The notes under the pieces are model-generated. The model saw nothing but the letters and a program-made list of their open reading frames with translations, did not search any database and was not told the DNA's origin. From the human T2T-CHM13v2.0 reference genome, Homo sapiens, in the NCBI RefSeq assembly GCF_009914755.1, contig NC_060929.1: a DNA stretch of 64,000 nt. One strand, given 5' to 3'. This document shows positions 61,268 to 64,000 of the stretch, in pieces. Within the stretch, counting starts at the first letter, position 1; every line of letters starts with the position of its first letter. The position numbers and the translations under genes are program-made.

Positions 61268-63789
61268 GAGCAGAAGACTCTGCATCTTCCCCCGATGGTT
61301 TTAAATGAGTTTTAATCATCCCTCTCCACCCTCATGCAAACATAGCTCAGGCAAGGAGTTTGAACCTGCAATGCATTTTTTTCTCCCTTTATGTAATCCA
61401 TTGATATTTTCCTATTTCAGCCCTTGGGTAGATTTGCTTCACTCATTAGCTAACAGAGCTTATTTTACCTACCTAGGATCTGTACATCTCAGGTTCTTAG
61501 TCTTGCCCAGAAGGATGTCTGCTATTTAAAGGAAATAGTGTGTTGTATGATCCCAAATTGCTGTCTTCAGTTCTGGAAACTAAGATTTGGGAAGGGCTGT
61601 CAGTTTAGGATGGTTCCAATAAAAGTTCCATGAGAAAATAAAAGTATGCTCCAATGATATGTCTTGGAATTCAGTTGGCTTCTGAATACATCCTAAATTT
61701 CTTTTGATGTGTGACTTGGTTATACTTAGTTGAGAATGTTGTTGACCGGAAATTATATTCCACTATTGAAATGCTGATGGCACTCAGGGAACTGGTGAGA
61801 TCCTAGGAAAAGGTTGAGAGAAGGCCTAGAACTCTCTAATTCTTCACACTTTTTTTGAGCTTTTGTTTTCTTCTATAAAAAAGGAGTAACTTCCCTTCTT
61901 GAGTCCCATTTTAGAAATGCCACCTATAAAAGAAAGTTTTTCTAATAGCAGATCGGTTTCCCAATTAATTGTGTTTACATCAGAATCAAAGTGAAAGTAA
62001 GGGCAGAAAGAGATCATTAGTTTGCAAGGAAGTCAGTGTCTTCCTCATCCGGCTTCAGCTCTGAAGGCTATACCAGCCCCAGAAGCAGCTGACTCATAGA
62101 GGGACACTTGTATAGCATCATAGATGTTAGGTATCAGCCATTAATGCCACCTATTTAACAAGAATGAACTTGCTCTTCTAAGTCATCTGTCATGGAGAGT
62201 TTGAAGAATAGAAAAACTCACAGCAAAACATTTTCTTAGTGTGTCTACCTAGTGGATGGGCATTTGGAATCCTCTCACATTCACCTTAACCCCTTTGCTT
62301 TGAGTTATAAGGCAACTCCTTGAACAAAAGATTTGTCGGTATCTTTTTTTAAGCTAATTATTGAAGTTGTCCCCATACTGTTCCCTCTCAACTGCTGAAA
62401 ACCATTCTAACAATACTGTCTCTCAGCTCATATACTTCTAATCTAAACTCAGAATAAATTTTTAGAACAATATGTTTAGAAGCAGGTTTTTGACATTTTC
62501 AATTAGAATTTGGAACATTTTTTCTGTATCAAATGCACAATGGCAGAATGTACCCCTAATCTCAAGAAGACTCATTAAAAACTTCCATCTTGATACATAA
62601 TTATCAAGAGTCAAAATGGTCATGATTAGTCAAGCTTCAAAATTAAAATCCTCTCTTTGATGAACTTTTGAAATAAAATGCCATTATCATCTAAAACCTC
62701 TATCATCTATGATAATGAAGCTCTCAATTAATTCTTTTGTTATTCACAAAAAGATTAATAATGCTAGTTCATAGTTTTTTTAAGTATCCACATCTGCAAG
62801 AGGCATACCATATAAACCATATGTAACTAATCTCTTCCAAGGGAAACAAGAAACAGATCTGAGCATGTTTTATGGACAGCTAGTATTCCCCTACAATAAT
62901 GGCTCATGCTAATTATTTTTCTTAAATTGATTATGCTTGCAATAAATTATTAACTTTATGACTATTTCTAGTTTTAGGAAAGTGTTCATGAAATAAATGG
63001 TGATTAGTCTAAATGACCTTGCACAGACTTAGTGTTTCAGATAAATGCCACATTAAGTGGATAATTGTTGTGAGCTGATCCTAACTCTTCTAACAGCTTC
63101 TTCTGGTCCAGCTGTTGCTTTAGAAATCTTCAGCACCAAACTGAATCCTACAAGTATTAAGACTCTATTGGAACCTATTGATTGGAAAAGTCCTTACATT
63201 TGTGTGGAATATTGTCCTGGGCATTGTAATAACAACTTTGACTTAGGTGGCCAAGTGTGATCACATTGATGGCTTTTACCTATTTCAAGGTGGCAATCCA
63301 CCATGGAAGCCAAAAAATGACTTACACCTCACTTGCCTGTTAGATCCCTAGCTAAAAACAATATTTGGTCATCTTCCTATGAAAATTCTCTTAAAGTTCA
63401 TAAGACACTTGGTCAAGAAAATCTGCCTTTATAATTTAAACTTATTTTGTATCATGTTTTATCCTAGTTGCAAAAATAACTAGGAACTAGGTGCTCAAAC
63501 TCTATTAATCGTTGCTAGACACATCATTGAGAGAGAAACTATTTATAGAGAAGTAAGATTACATAGCTAACAGTAGATATGTATTATCTATTGCATACAG
63601 GAGGCTTCTGAAGGGTCAGCTCAGCAGTCTCTTTTGTTGTGGTTGGGGAAACATCTCATGAAGTATTCAAGTTCAAATGAAATATAAGCTAAATATCTGA
63701 ATCTAGCCTCAGTGAAATGAGCTTAGGATCCTAATATTTATTATGTCTTCCTTTTTATCTCTGATATACCACAGTGTTCAAAAAATATA

Positions 63790-64000
63790 CGAGGCTTTCA
63801 TTATGCTGGACCCTACAGGAGAGTTGTGAATTAGACAGCCATCTCACCTGAGCAGTCTACTGAGGGATATCAAGTAGAGAATGACTATACAAGGCTATGG
63901 TGTTGTTATGGTGTTGAAGGTATATGGGGCTGCATAATCAGAGAGGTGCCCCTAAACCAGGTGGGAGTTATGGAAGGCTGCCTGGTAGGAGTGACATCCA
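63790..64000 (-). mobile_element. L2 fragment
   Basis: 'ggaaggctgcctggtaggagtgacat' and the upstream spacing resemble L2 read antisense. Confidence 0.5.

Overview
Primate (human or great-ape-like) genomic DNA, gene-poor and dominated by repeats. I see no intact protein-coding gene. Main content: (i) an old, near-full-length L1PB-type LINE (-, ~14.9-27.1 kb) interrupted by a full-length ~6.15-kb L1PA4/5-type element and an AluS; (ii) a ~6.2-kb L1PA7-type element (-, 40.1-46.2 kb) containing an AluSc; (iii) a 5'-truncated L1PB (+, 4.6-6.1 kb); (iv) a processed pseudogene of ANKRD49 (+, ~50.13-51.19 kb), fused behind an L1PA 3' fragment with both apparently inside one target-site duplication (TSD); (v) solo MaLR/ERVL LTRs, Alus, MIR, L2 and hAT fossils. 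Almost all ORFs in the track are L1 fragments or chance frames. The most interesting unexplained structures are the L1-ANKRD49 chimeric retrocopy, a near-perfect 49-bp-arm palindrome at 36215-36321, and a 98-bp element present twice (57346-57443, 59949-60046) whose shared 15-mer is complementary to a single site at 60141-60155. Repeat subfamily names come from remembered consensus sequences and need Dfam/RepeatMasker confirmation. Boundaries not fixed by a TSD are approximate.
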